Shown one piece after another: positions 1-10,846 of a DNA stretch of 64,000 nucleotides. The translations under genes and the position numbers were made by a program. Under the pieces are notes generated by a model. The model was not told where the DNA came from and did not search any database. It saw only the letters and a list, made by a program, of their open reading frames with translations. Numbering within the stretch: the first letter of the stretch is position 1; each line of letters opens with the position of its first letter. Origin of the DNA: Phaeosaccion multiseriatum (lineage: Eukaryota > Protista > Ochrophyta, other classes); NCBI GenBank assembly GCA_965112735.1, contig OZ218956.1:744001-808000 (forward strand). Direction: 5' to 3'.

Positions 1-260
1 GACCACACTCGCTGCTCTACGCAGAGGGCTTCCTCTGTACCTTACTAGGCCGAAAGTAACGTCAAGAAACACGCGCGCGCCCACAAACCCGGGGGGAAAA
101 AAAAACTAAATGACAAACGGCCAACGCGTGCTCAGCTTTCCGTCTTCTCTTGCGCGAGCGAGGACACTGGGCAGCCAGTGCTAGCGTGCTCCGGTTTGAC
201 TAGCCTGGGTGGAGGGGAAGGAAGGCAGCTAAGCTGCTTTTCCCGGCTGGGAATTGGTGA

Positions 261-3200
261 ATGATGTCTTATGAGGGCCTGCCCACAGAGAAACAGGCCA
301 TGGCAGCAGCAGCAGCCGTGGCCGCGGCAGCAGCAGCCTCAGCCTCAGCGCCCACGGGTGCTGCAAATGAATTTTCCAGATCGATCCATCTTCCGCCAGG
401 CCACATGCTGGCCGCTGCTGATTCGGCCGAGTTTGAAGATGACGACGATGAAGACGACGACGAGGAGGACGGGAAGGATACCGAGGGCAAGGCGGGGGGC
501 AAGGAGAAGAAGAAGCAAGTCAAGACTCGCTGGTCTCAGGGCGAAGAGGAGGTGCTAAAGAGGGGGGTGGAGCGGCACGGGCTGCAGCAGTGGAAGCTGG
601 TGGCCAAGGACCTACCCGGCAAGACTGATATGCAATGTTTCCATCGTTGGCAGAAGAAGTACAACAATGGAAACAAGGGACCGTGGTCGGCGGAAGACGA
701 CGAGAAGGTGGTGAGATTAGTGGGCGAGCTAGGAGCGAGAAAGTGGAGTCAGATTGCGTCGAACTTGCCAGGACGGACGGGCAAGCAGTGCAGAGAGAGG
801 TGGCACAACCATTTAAATCCGCACATCACCAAGAGGGCGTGGACCTACGCTGAGGATCGCGCCATTCTCGAGTTGCACCAGTCGCGTGGCAATCGGTGGG
901 CGGAGATTGCCAAGATGCTGCCGGGACGGACGGACAATGCCATCAAGAACCACTGGAACTCCAGCATGAAGCGCAAGGTAGGTCGGACCGGGGCAGAGCT
1001 CCGCTAGTCTCTTTGGCCTAACTCAGTGTTGTTGCTGCGTACACAGGCCGAGACAGTCCTACTCTCCACCACCTTGAACTGGGCGAGTCCAGAATGGGCT
1101 TCTTACGGCTTCAAGAACATCATTGACATGGCTGTGGCGGCGGTCAGGGGCACGATTACTGTGCACAACCCGAACGAGGCCCCGACTCGGAGAGGTGAGA
1201 CCCCCACGCCCCCCCTTCTCCCCCCCCGGCCTGTCTTATGTTTGTTGTGCCGTTTGTTCTACAGGCCGGCCCCCTCGCAAGCGTAGTCCCAGTGAGGAGC
1301 GCCGCTTCAACGAAAAGAAGGCGGAGAAGGCAGAGAAGGCGCGCCTGAAGAGCGAGAAGGAGGGCAAGGCGGACAAGAGCAAGAGGGGCAGGGCGGCAGC
1401 CCCTCCACTCGCTGCCTTGGAGAGCACCAGAAGCAGGTCGTCGGTATTCACACATTCCGCCAAGGAGAATATCCAGCCTGCTGCACGCGCGGCACTGGGG
1501 TCCTTGTCCTCCACCGGGCCCCCCGCCGGTCCAAAGCAGTACGCAGAGGAGGGCGACACACACCAACCCAGTGCGATAACGCAAGGCGGGTCGGTGGAAG
1601 ACGAAGCGGCTCGACTGTTGCACCTACGCCTCCCCGCGCCGCATTTGGAGCGTGACCAACTGCAGCAGCAGCACAATTACTTTGACGTGCAACAGCAGAT
1701 GCAGATGCAGCAGCACCAGGATAAAATGGACCACCTGCAGCAGCAGCAGCTGCCTCGGCACCAGACGGCCCACCAGCGACAAGTGACGCAGCACCAACAT
1801 CAAGAGTATTGCCGCCTGGAGATGCAGCAGCAAATGGATCAACAGCAACAACAGCACGGTTTGGGGGGGCTTCCCCCAAAGCAAGCACAACGACTCTTTC
1901 CGAATGTGACACAGCAGGAACAAGACTACCAGTATCATCAGGGGCCGCACGACGCTTTCTGCGAGGACTTGGACTCTACTCAGGAGGTGATGATGGCCCA
2001 CGTCTCGTCGGCGGACACTTCTGCCGACACCTCTGCGGACCTGTCTGTGGACGACATCGACCCCAGCCACCTACCGCAGGGGCCTACCACCCCCGCAGCG
2101 GCTGGCAGGCAAAGAGGAGGCATGTCTCACTTTCCGCAGCAGGTGGGGGAGATAACGGGCCTGAGTAAGCGCATGGGGGACGTCAAGTTTCTGGGTAGCG
2201 AGACGCCCAAGACGACAACCCCCGAGGGCCAGCAGACAGACGACAAGCAGGCCGACTTTAGCTTGTTTCCACTCACTCCAAGCATATTTGGGGGGGGCAG
2301 CAGCAGCAGCGTGACCTCAGGTGCGTGCGCGCGTGCGTGCGTGCGTGCGTGCCTGTGTATATGTGTGGCCTTGTTCGATAGGGAAACTAACTGAAACTTG
2401 ATGATGTGTGCTCCTTGCTCTCCATCGCAGAAACTCGGTCGCAGGCCAACCCCATGATGGGAGAGTCGCCGTCGCCGTCGGCCTTTCTGGCCACGCCTTA
2501 CAGCAACAAGAAGGGGTCCCTCAACACCCCCACGGGCTCGCACAGCGGCCCCTTCTACGGCGGCATTGGCAGCAGGCGGCAGCAGCAGCAGGGTGGGGGA
2601 GGCGACCAGCACAGCCCTATGCTGGGCAATTCGGGGGGCAGTCCTGCTCTATCCGAGATAAGCATGTCGGGCATAAGTCCCTACAGCATGGAGGACGTCA
2701 ACGTCATGATGTTGTACAAGGACATTGACCCCCCCGTGGCCACGCTCACGCAGGAGTTGGAGCAGCAGCAGCACCACACCCTCCAGGTAGGTACAGTAGG
2801 TGCACGCCCCCTGTCTCGTTGTAACTGTCTCGGTGTAAGGAGATGTGTTGGTTTCCCCCCACCCCCTCCTCATCAGGACCGACCCACCCACCCACCCCAT
2901 TGCGCACCACAGCAGGGCTGCGACGAGGGAGCCGCCAGAGCGGCAGAGGGCCTCGCATCTCTCAAGAACTCTCCCGCCAAGCTCCCCCCTCAAGGTGAGC
3001 AACAGCAACAGCAAGCAGCAAGCGCCATAATTTATAGTGCGTTGCTGGTGTCAAACTTCCATTCCGTCTCACCACATTGTACCGCATTCGTTTGGCTGCC
3101 GATTGCTCAGCAGCTTCCAAGACTCCTCAGTGTAAAACCCCAAAGGCGAAGCTGCTCAAGCGGGTAGCCTCCCCCGAAGTTGCTTCGGATACGCCCCTCC

Positions 3201-3537
3201 CCAAGCGCAAGCTGGACGACTTTGCCGCAGGAGCTGCCGCCGCCGCTATGGACTCCGCAACCGACAGCTTCCTGTGCTCCCCCACCCTCATGTTCAGCAG
3301 CCCCGTGTGCAAGCGGCGGCGCACGCATAAGAAGGAGCACGCCAGCGACAAGTAAGTGACTAGGCAAGTCAAGTCAAGTGCTTTACTGATTTCCCCTGCT
3401 GGTCTGCTGCCTCTGTGCTGACGCCTGCTTGCTCTCCTGCCCTCAGGATGGTACTGGCCGATGGCGGTACCGATGAAGAGGCTGCTTCGAAACTGACAAT
3501 GGCGGGATTTTGCCGCGATAGCCCGCCCGCGCCATGA
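261..3537 (+). CDS. R1R2R3-type (3R) MYB transcription factor, about 7 exons
   Basis: Three tandem MYB repeats ([15 protein letters not shown]; [27 protein letters not shown]; [32 protein letters not shown]), followed by a Q-rich, S/TP-rich C-terminus. GT-AG introns at about 978-1046, 1195-1264, 2321-2430, 2787-2912, 2995-3110 and 3352-3446; TGA at 3535-3537. Confidence 0.9.
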
Positions 3538-3660
3538 ATCAACTTGTTATTTTTTTTAATTAATAATTAATCAAGTATCTAAGGGCCGTTCTTAAGAGCA
3601 AAGAAGCACAGCAATCACAGTAAATAAAGGAGCACAGCAAATTTTATCTAAATAGCTTTA

Positions 3661-5546
3661 CTACCATGTCTCGTCTGGCTTGGGGACCCCCTCGTCCACT
3701 GGCGTGAAGATCATATCTTCGGCCAGCGCCTTCAACCTCTCCACTTCCTCCGTGTGCACGGGAGTCCCGGAGGTAGGCACGTCGAACGATTCGAATGGCG
3801 AAAAGTCCATCATGAGCTCGTCGCTCCTCGGGTTCTTCATACTGTATACTGTTCGGTCCACGTCCGGAGAGATGGGGTTTCTCCTTGCCTCTGTCCCGAA
3901 GGGCTTGGGCAGCAGCCAGTGGAAGCTCATACCCACCTTCCGCCTTGTGCTGGACGGAACGTAACTGCCCTGCAGCTTGGCCAGCTCCAGCCGCTCGGAG
4001 GCGAAGTCCTGCATCTCCTTCTTGAGCTGCTCCCGCACGAAGGAGTGGCTCCAGGAAGCGTACTTGGACTTGAGGCCCCTGGCCACCTGGTGGAAGTACT
4101 TGTCTGCCTCGCTGATGGCGTCGTCCATCTCCTTCGCTACTGAGGGGGATATCCGAACGGTGGACAGCGACTTGCGGAACTTGTTCATGGCTGCTTTGCG
4201 CAGCTCTGTGATTTGGTCTCCGTGGGCCACCGTCAAGTCCCGCACGAGGGCTGCCGTGAGCGCTTTCCGCCTCGTCCTGACCGTCTTGGAGCGCCTGGCG
4301 GAGGCCGTCAGCTCGTCGAACTGCGCGAGCACGTCCTCAATGACGCTGTCGCTGTGCTCCCCAAACTCCTGGTCCAGCCCTTCGAAGGCCACACGCATAC
4401 CCTGTAGGAGACCGCGGAATGATTCCGAGCACTGCTCCGCGGCGGCCGAGGCCACGTATGCTCCCTTGAGCTCATTCTGTGTGCAATTGTGATTCATTGG
4501 GGGGGCGTTGCAGCGCATGAGCAACGTGGTGGGGGCACGACCAGAAGCGGGCAAAGCGAAGAAGCATCACACAACTCACCTCCGAGGCCCTCTCAGAGGC
4601 CTTACTGCCCCCGAGAGTCTTTGCCGCCTTCATTCTTCTGAGCACGTCTTGTCCTGTTGCGCCCGTCACCTCCCCGGCGAGGAGGGAGTTCTTTAGGGCA
4701 GCCACTTGCGAGGTCCAGGCCGACTCCGCCAGGCTGGGGTGCGGCAGGCACACCACGTCCACGTCAAACACCTGGTCCAGCGAAGCGTATTCGAAGGACG
4801 CTGGCTTCACAATGGAGTCCCACAGCGCCTTCAGCCCCTCCTTCACAGCGGTCTCCACCGCAGCGAGACTGTCCGGGTCCTGGTTCACGTCTCGGACTGC
4901 CACGACAAGCTTGCGCTGGAGAGGCGTATCACCCAGCTTGTTGGCAGCGTGCAGGACAAGGAGGCTCTCCATGGCGGGCTGGAGCCCCCCCAGCCCAGCT
5001 GCAGCACCACCTTCCCGACCCAAGTCCGGCATCAGCACATTGAAGATGACAACGTCCGACCCTGCCATGGCTGCACTCGCTGCCGTCGCCCCGTTGCTAA
5101 TGCCCCCCTCCTCGCCAGCAGACGATATCCCAGCCTGGGCCTCAATCAGTGCGACTCCCTCATCCACCCTTACTGCAGACGTATCACTTCCATACAGCGA
5201 TGACAATAGAGTGGACTTGCCACTCCGCCGACCTCCCTGCGAGTAAACAAGAGCAGGAAGGAGAAGAGGCAGGAAAGCAGCAGGAAGCAGCAGGAGCAGC
5301 AGGAGCAGGACGCAGCCTGATGAGATTCGCACGCTCCTTGCGTGTCGAATGGTGGGACGGCCCAGCACTCACCAGGCAGGACACCGTTCGCAACGTGGCG
5401 TCGCCGCTATCAGACAGCTGGGCTGCAAAGCTATGAGGGGATGTGGAGGCAAACGCAAGCTGCGCCTGCTGCTTTGCCGCAACCAAACATGGCACCAACG
5501 CCGCTGCTGCCACGAGGAACGGCAGCAGCCGCAGGGGGGGGCTCAT
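3661..5546 (-). CDS. RHD3/Sey1 (atlastin-like) GTPase-related protein with N-terminal signal peptide
   Basis: The spliced product (introns 5372-5237 and 4579-4477) reads MSPPLRLLPFLVAAAALVPCLVAA...TVSCL|GGRRSGKSTLLSSLYG (P-loop). It also has AMAGSDVVIFNVLMPDLGR, KLVVAVRD and LWDSIVKP..FDVDVVCLPH, which match RHD3/Sey1 blocks, followed by a helical stalk. Confidence 0.7.
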
Positions 5547-5681
5547 CACCAAGGCTAAGAGAATGGAACTGCCCTTTCCTGCTAAAAAAAAATGTGGTTC
5601 AGGGAGGGGAGGATGAATTTAAATTGAAACTTATAAATCGCGTTTCGATATTTCCACCCCCCCAAACTATAGGAGAGGACG

Positions 5682-7581
5682 ATGCCGGTTGGGCGGAGGA
5701 GGCCACGGTCCAACGATGGGGACAGGAGCTCGGACAGCGAGCGAGAGCAGGCGCGGCTTGAGGGGAGGAGACGATGGATGCGGATGTGTCGCACCACCGC
5801 GAAACGGCGGTGGCGGCAAATGGGGGTGACAGGAGTGGGTATGCTTCTGCTGGCTACGGCGCTGCTGTGCATCACGGCGTACCTGGAGAAGTGGCACACC
5901 AACTTGGACGGGTTGGGGGGGCACAGCAGCCCGAAGAATGATGCTCAAGAGGAGGATGATGATGCGCCGCTGTACTTTGCGGATAAGCTGGTCCCTGCGG
6001 CCTTTCGTGACTACGGTGCGATGCATAGCAGGACAATGGCCTCCTCGTCACTGGCGAAGCAGGCCAAGTATGTTCTCTACGACTTACCGGGAAAGACTTC
6101 TCTGTCGCACGCTCTCCTCGGACTGGTGAGTGCCCCCCTCCCCGCCCACTTCCGTGCTGCTACTGCTCGTGTTTTTGGCCAACCCCCTTCTTTCTTTCTC
6201 TGTCTCCTCTCCCCGTCCAGACCTCAACGTACTTGTTCGCTCTGATGAGTGGCCGTGTGCTTCTCGTACGCTGGTCTTCTTCGGACCAGAACATGCCCGC
6301 CGTGGGGGCGGGGAACAGTTCGCACGTGGGATTGTCGTCGGATGACGTCTTCGGCGCGAATGACGTGCTTGGTACCGGCGGCAGCGGCAGTGGAGAAGGC
6401 AGCAGCAGCAGCGGCGGCGGTGGGGGTGCTAGTGGCGATGAGGCAACTACGGTGGACGACTTGTTTCTCAGCCCAGGCTTTTCCTGGAAATGGTTTGACT
6501 TTGTCAACCATTGGACAGACGACTTTGGGCTGTCCGAGTCGCTCATCCAGCTGCATGACTTCGACGTGACGGGACTGTCCAGCGACTTGGTGTGTCGGCA
6601 ATTAGAAAGCCTTTCGGAGAACAAGCAGTTCATTCGAATTGTCAATGGGCAGCAGTACTTTGCGCCGCTGCTCTCCATCAACCCTTCGCCCCGAGCGATC
6701 TCAATCATGAACCAAATCCCGGAGGGCGATCTGTTTGCGTACCTCTGCAACTGGGTCCTTCGGCCTGTGCCCAGGTGAGAAGACGCTTTGGCTTTTCCTT
6801 TTGTCGCTTTCTGTACTAGACACAAACAGTGCAAACATTTGTCAACAATTTTATGTCCTTTTCCCTCTGAACAATGCGCAGCGTAATGACGGCTGTCCGG
6901 AACTTTCGCGAGCGCTACCTGCAGAGGAATTACGTCATTGGTATGGAGATTACACTGGAGAGCCCACTGAGCGAGTATGGCACCATGCCTGCCCCGCAGC
7001 AGGACATGTTCTTTGAAGAGGCGTCATCGGCCTCCTTCCGCGCTTTGGATGACCTGTCCGATAAGAGCGCAGGCGGGGGCGTTGTGATTCTGGTTGTGAC
7101 AGACGACGAGGCGGCGCTACGGCAGCGACTCAATTACATTCAGCAGGGTGGGGGGGAGGGTCTCGGTGCCGCAGGGGTGCTGGCCATCACGGGGCCCAAG
7201 GGCTTTGGCACCACCAAGCTGCTGACCGAACTGCAGATGATGTGGCTCTTGGGGGAGTCTGACATGTGCATCGTGTCCCCCGCCAGCGCAATGGGGGTCT
7301 TTGGCCACGCCAGAACGAGCAAGGCGCCCATCGTAGTGGTGGACGGTGCAAACGCTCACCAAAGCACGTCGTCGCAACCATGCCTTGCGCATATCGAGCG
7401 TGACGTGCAGGCCACTGCGTGCTACGACACCTCCATGCTCGACGTCATCTCCTTTGACCCGAGCGTCCCGTGTGTGTCTCCGGCGGCTGCAACAGCTACA
7501 GCAGCGCCAGCCGCAACAGCACCAGCGGGGAACGGCAGAGAGCTCCGTAGAAGCGTGCAATACGAGCAGCAGTTCATGTAG
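5682..7581 (+). CDS. Type II membrane fucosyltransferase-like protein (GT37/GT23-like fold)
   Basis: Basic tail plus one TM (GVGMLLLATALLCITAYL). Motifs SLSHALLGL|TSTYLFALMSGRVLLVRW, VIGMEIT, VILVVTDD and ELQMMWLLGESDMCIVSPASAMG resemble xyloglucan fucosyltransferase motifs. Introns at about 6126-6220 and 6775-6881. Confidence 0.6.
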
Positions 7582-7596
7582 CAAAAACGTGTTATT

Positions 7597-10500
7597 TTAT
7601 ACATCCGTCGAGCTCCACGGCCTGCACGGCGCAGTCGTCGTGGCCGGGAACTGCAGCGTCTTGGGGTAGTGGGGCGCCTTGCTCCACTTGCTGACGGGCG
7701 CCAGGGGGGGCGCCACGCTCCTGAGCAGCCTCAAGGGCGGACCCGCCCATGGCGTGGTTTCCTGCAGCAGAGGAGGAGGAGGAGGAGGACGGCACCAGTG
7801 AGTTCGGGGGAGTATTTCTGCGAAACACAAACCGATCCAAGCAACAACCCTCTTTTACCTTAGACAGGCGCCGCTGCACCACCGTCCACACAGGCGTGGC
7901 GGCGACCGACAGCTCTACAGACGCCTCGCGGGTGGCGCTCACAATGCTCTCCAGACTAAAGTCCTCGAAAGGGTTCCTCGCGGGAGGCCCGGGCTCACTC
8001 AGCGGCACCGGCTCGGCGGCATTGGGGTCCTCCTCCGGGGGCCAAAAGCCGGCGATGGGAGAGTCGTCGTCCATCAGCCGAGCAAGGGCCTCGGGCAAGA
8101 AGGGCTGTCCCTCGCGAGGCATCATGGCGAGGCAAGCCACGCTCGCAGACACAGGCGCTTGATCAGACATGGGCGGCGTGATGGGACTACTGCGGGCCAG
8201 TCTGTCCCTGTTCTCCTCGATCCACTCCACCACCTCTGCACAGCTGGGCGCTCGTTTCTGTGGGGCAGCGATTGCGCGGGGGTGGGTGGGTGCCTTTCTT
8301 CACATTTTGTGTATTTGCGGCAAATTTGGAAACGCACGCACCTCGTTGTATCTCCAGTAGTAATTGCCTGGGCATCCGTCAATGTACATTTGGATATTCC
8401 AGAGGAGCCCTTCCAAGTATGCCTCAACATTGTACGTCTTTTCCCGCCCCCCGGGGGTCAGGCGGGCCATCTCTTGAGCTTGCCGGTGCTGCTCCTTCTG
8501 AGTTTCCACCGCAGACACGAAAACGTGGTGCAAGTCTGCAGAGTACCACAGGGGGTGGGCACATCACACACGAGGGATGACGTGAGGGCCAGGGGGGGGG
8601 GGGGGGGGCGGAAGGGAAAAGGGGAAGCCCCCAAAAGACAAGACCGAGTGCGCGTGCGTACCTGGCCTAATTTCTTTCAGCGCGTTGAGAGCTGCGCAAG
8701 AAGAGAGGAGAGAATTAGGTTAGACTTCTTTCAATACGAAGGGGCTTTTTCGCGCTCACTGGAGCCACGTACCTGCGGCTGCCTTGGCCTCGGTCCCGCT
8801 TCTGTAGCCTTGCCCTTCCGGGCCCTGGCCAGATGAGAAAACTTTCCCGCCAACCAACACGGAGCCGATCCATCTGTTGGGGTCACTCGGCACGGAGGTG
8901 ATTTCGTACTCTGGCTTGTCCTCGCAGTCGTCGCCCAGGAACCCGCGGTCCCATGCCACGTTGAGTTCCTGCGCGGCCGACAGGGTCACAAAGTCATCGC
9001 CCCGGTCAAAGCCGCTGCTGAGCCTGCTCGTGCGCTCAAAGAAGGCCTGCATGAAGTCCCAGTTGAAGGAGCGCTGGGCCGTGTCCAGGGCAAAGTGCTT
9101 TCCGTGTTCCGCGGACTGGCGCATACGGTGGTACTCCTGGGTAGCCCGCTCGAAACTCATGCCTCTCATCTTGCGTTTGTTTGGACGCATACACACACAA
9201 CCAAAGTCAGACACGAGGGAGTGAGTGGGACGGACGGAGGCAACAAACAACGAGAGAGAGAGCGCGCTCACCTTGGGTAGGTAGTCATTGCCATTGAGCA
9301 CGAGAAGCAGCACCAGATCCAAGCGGAGAGCTGCAGACATGCCCGGGCACTGTGCATCCAGAATTTGCACCATGCCCTGCACAGACACCAGGCTGCTCTC
9401 GGAGGGGCGCGAGTCGAAGATGAACAAGTTCTTGACCTACAATAGTCAGCGGTTTGGGGCTTTTAGTTGGAAGGAAACGAAAGGCATTTTGGCGTACATT
9501 TCATGACAAAGAGGGGGGGCACATTCACACCTTTAGCAAGGCCAAGCCCTGTAGTATCAGGTCCGAGTCTCCACCCACAATGACAATGCTATCCTTACTC
9601 CCTTCTCTCTGGGTCAAGTTGACCCAATCGACGATCTTCAGCTCCCCCTCTCCCTGAATCTCCGCCCCGCTTATAAAGAAGCGCACGTCGGCAAAGCGTT
9701 GACTGCGAACCCGCGTGTAAGCAAAGTAGCGCAGCGCCTCTTGAAACTGGTGGCGGGCGTAAATGACAACAAGGCAAGGCGTCAGCCACCTGGACGGGGC
9801 CCCAGTACACGTAGACAGCTGCCTGCCGGCGTCAGTCAGTCACCTTGATCATTAGCGGTGTCCCTGGAGTGAGGTGCAGGGTACTCATGCCTTTCTTGCC
9901 CACTTTCGTATTCTCCCTGCGATGCCGCTGAGTCACAAGCTTTGCCATGGGTGCACATCCGTCCAGGGCAAACACCACGCTCTTGCGGGGCTCACACGTG
10001 TCCAATAAGCGCCCCACCTGCGTAATGCGGCATCGAAAAATGCAGCTCCGGTTATGAATTGTAAACCTCCCCCCCCCCCCTCCCAAACACACCCTGTGTA
10101 CCAACCTCTTTGAAGGTGCGCACAATGGCGTGCTCGTCATTTCGGCTCTTCCTCACGGCGACGTGGAGGATTTGGTTCATATCGATACACACATGATCGA
10201 ACAACATCCCTGTGCACTTGGCAGGTATGGGCTTGAGGGCCCCCGGATACGCCACCTTCAACCATTTCTTCAAGCCTGCGATTCCTATGGAGAAAAAAAA
10301 CAAGAGGGGCTGAGGGGCGGAGGAAGGCAATGCGCCACAAACACGAGAGCCAAGGAGGCCTATGGACAGGCCGAGGCAGATGGATGGGCGTGTACCCTGC
10401 TGATCATAGACAAGGGAAGGAGTTTGCTTGCTTAAAGTCTGCTCACACACCTGGCTCACCCAGGCACAAAAACGTGAAGAAAAGAAGCACGAGCAGCAGC

Positions 10501-10746
10501 CGCATGGAAAGTAACCCCCCCCCCACAGCACCAAGTAGCTAAAGACCACTGGTAGAGGGGGGCAGCAGGACTGAGAGAAAGCAAGGGGGCCAAGAGGTTG
10601 TCGAAAGGAAAGAGGAACGGGGGGGGGGGAAGTCAACAAAAAGCGGACTCCGAGCTGAGATGAGGGAGGGCTCTGACGCCATGGCCTGCAAAAGCCACGA
10701 AAGAGACAAGCAAAAAAAAGAAACATGTCGATCTCGAGGGCCTCAT
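7597..10746 (-). CDS. XRN-family 5'-3' exoribonuclease-like protein (short form), multi-exon; 5' end uncertain
   Basis: XRN_N motifs GIAGLKKWL, DHVCIDMNQILH, FALDGCAPMAKLVTQRHRR, LTPGTP, GEGELKI, GGDSDLI, GNDYLP and YLEGLLWNIQMYIDGCP..YWRY. Candidate starts are ATG 10746 or ATG 10505. The last exon likely ends at TAA 7597-7599. Confidence 0.8.
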
Positions 10747-10846
10747 GGTGCTGGAACAAGAAGTTTGGTGTTCAGGTTCAGCAGGGCGGTAGGTCGTAAG
10801 TTGGGTCGGGTGGTAGGCTGCGAATTTGTTTTTTTAATTAATCAGG

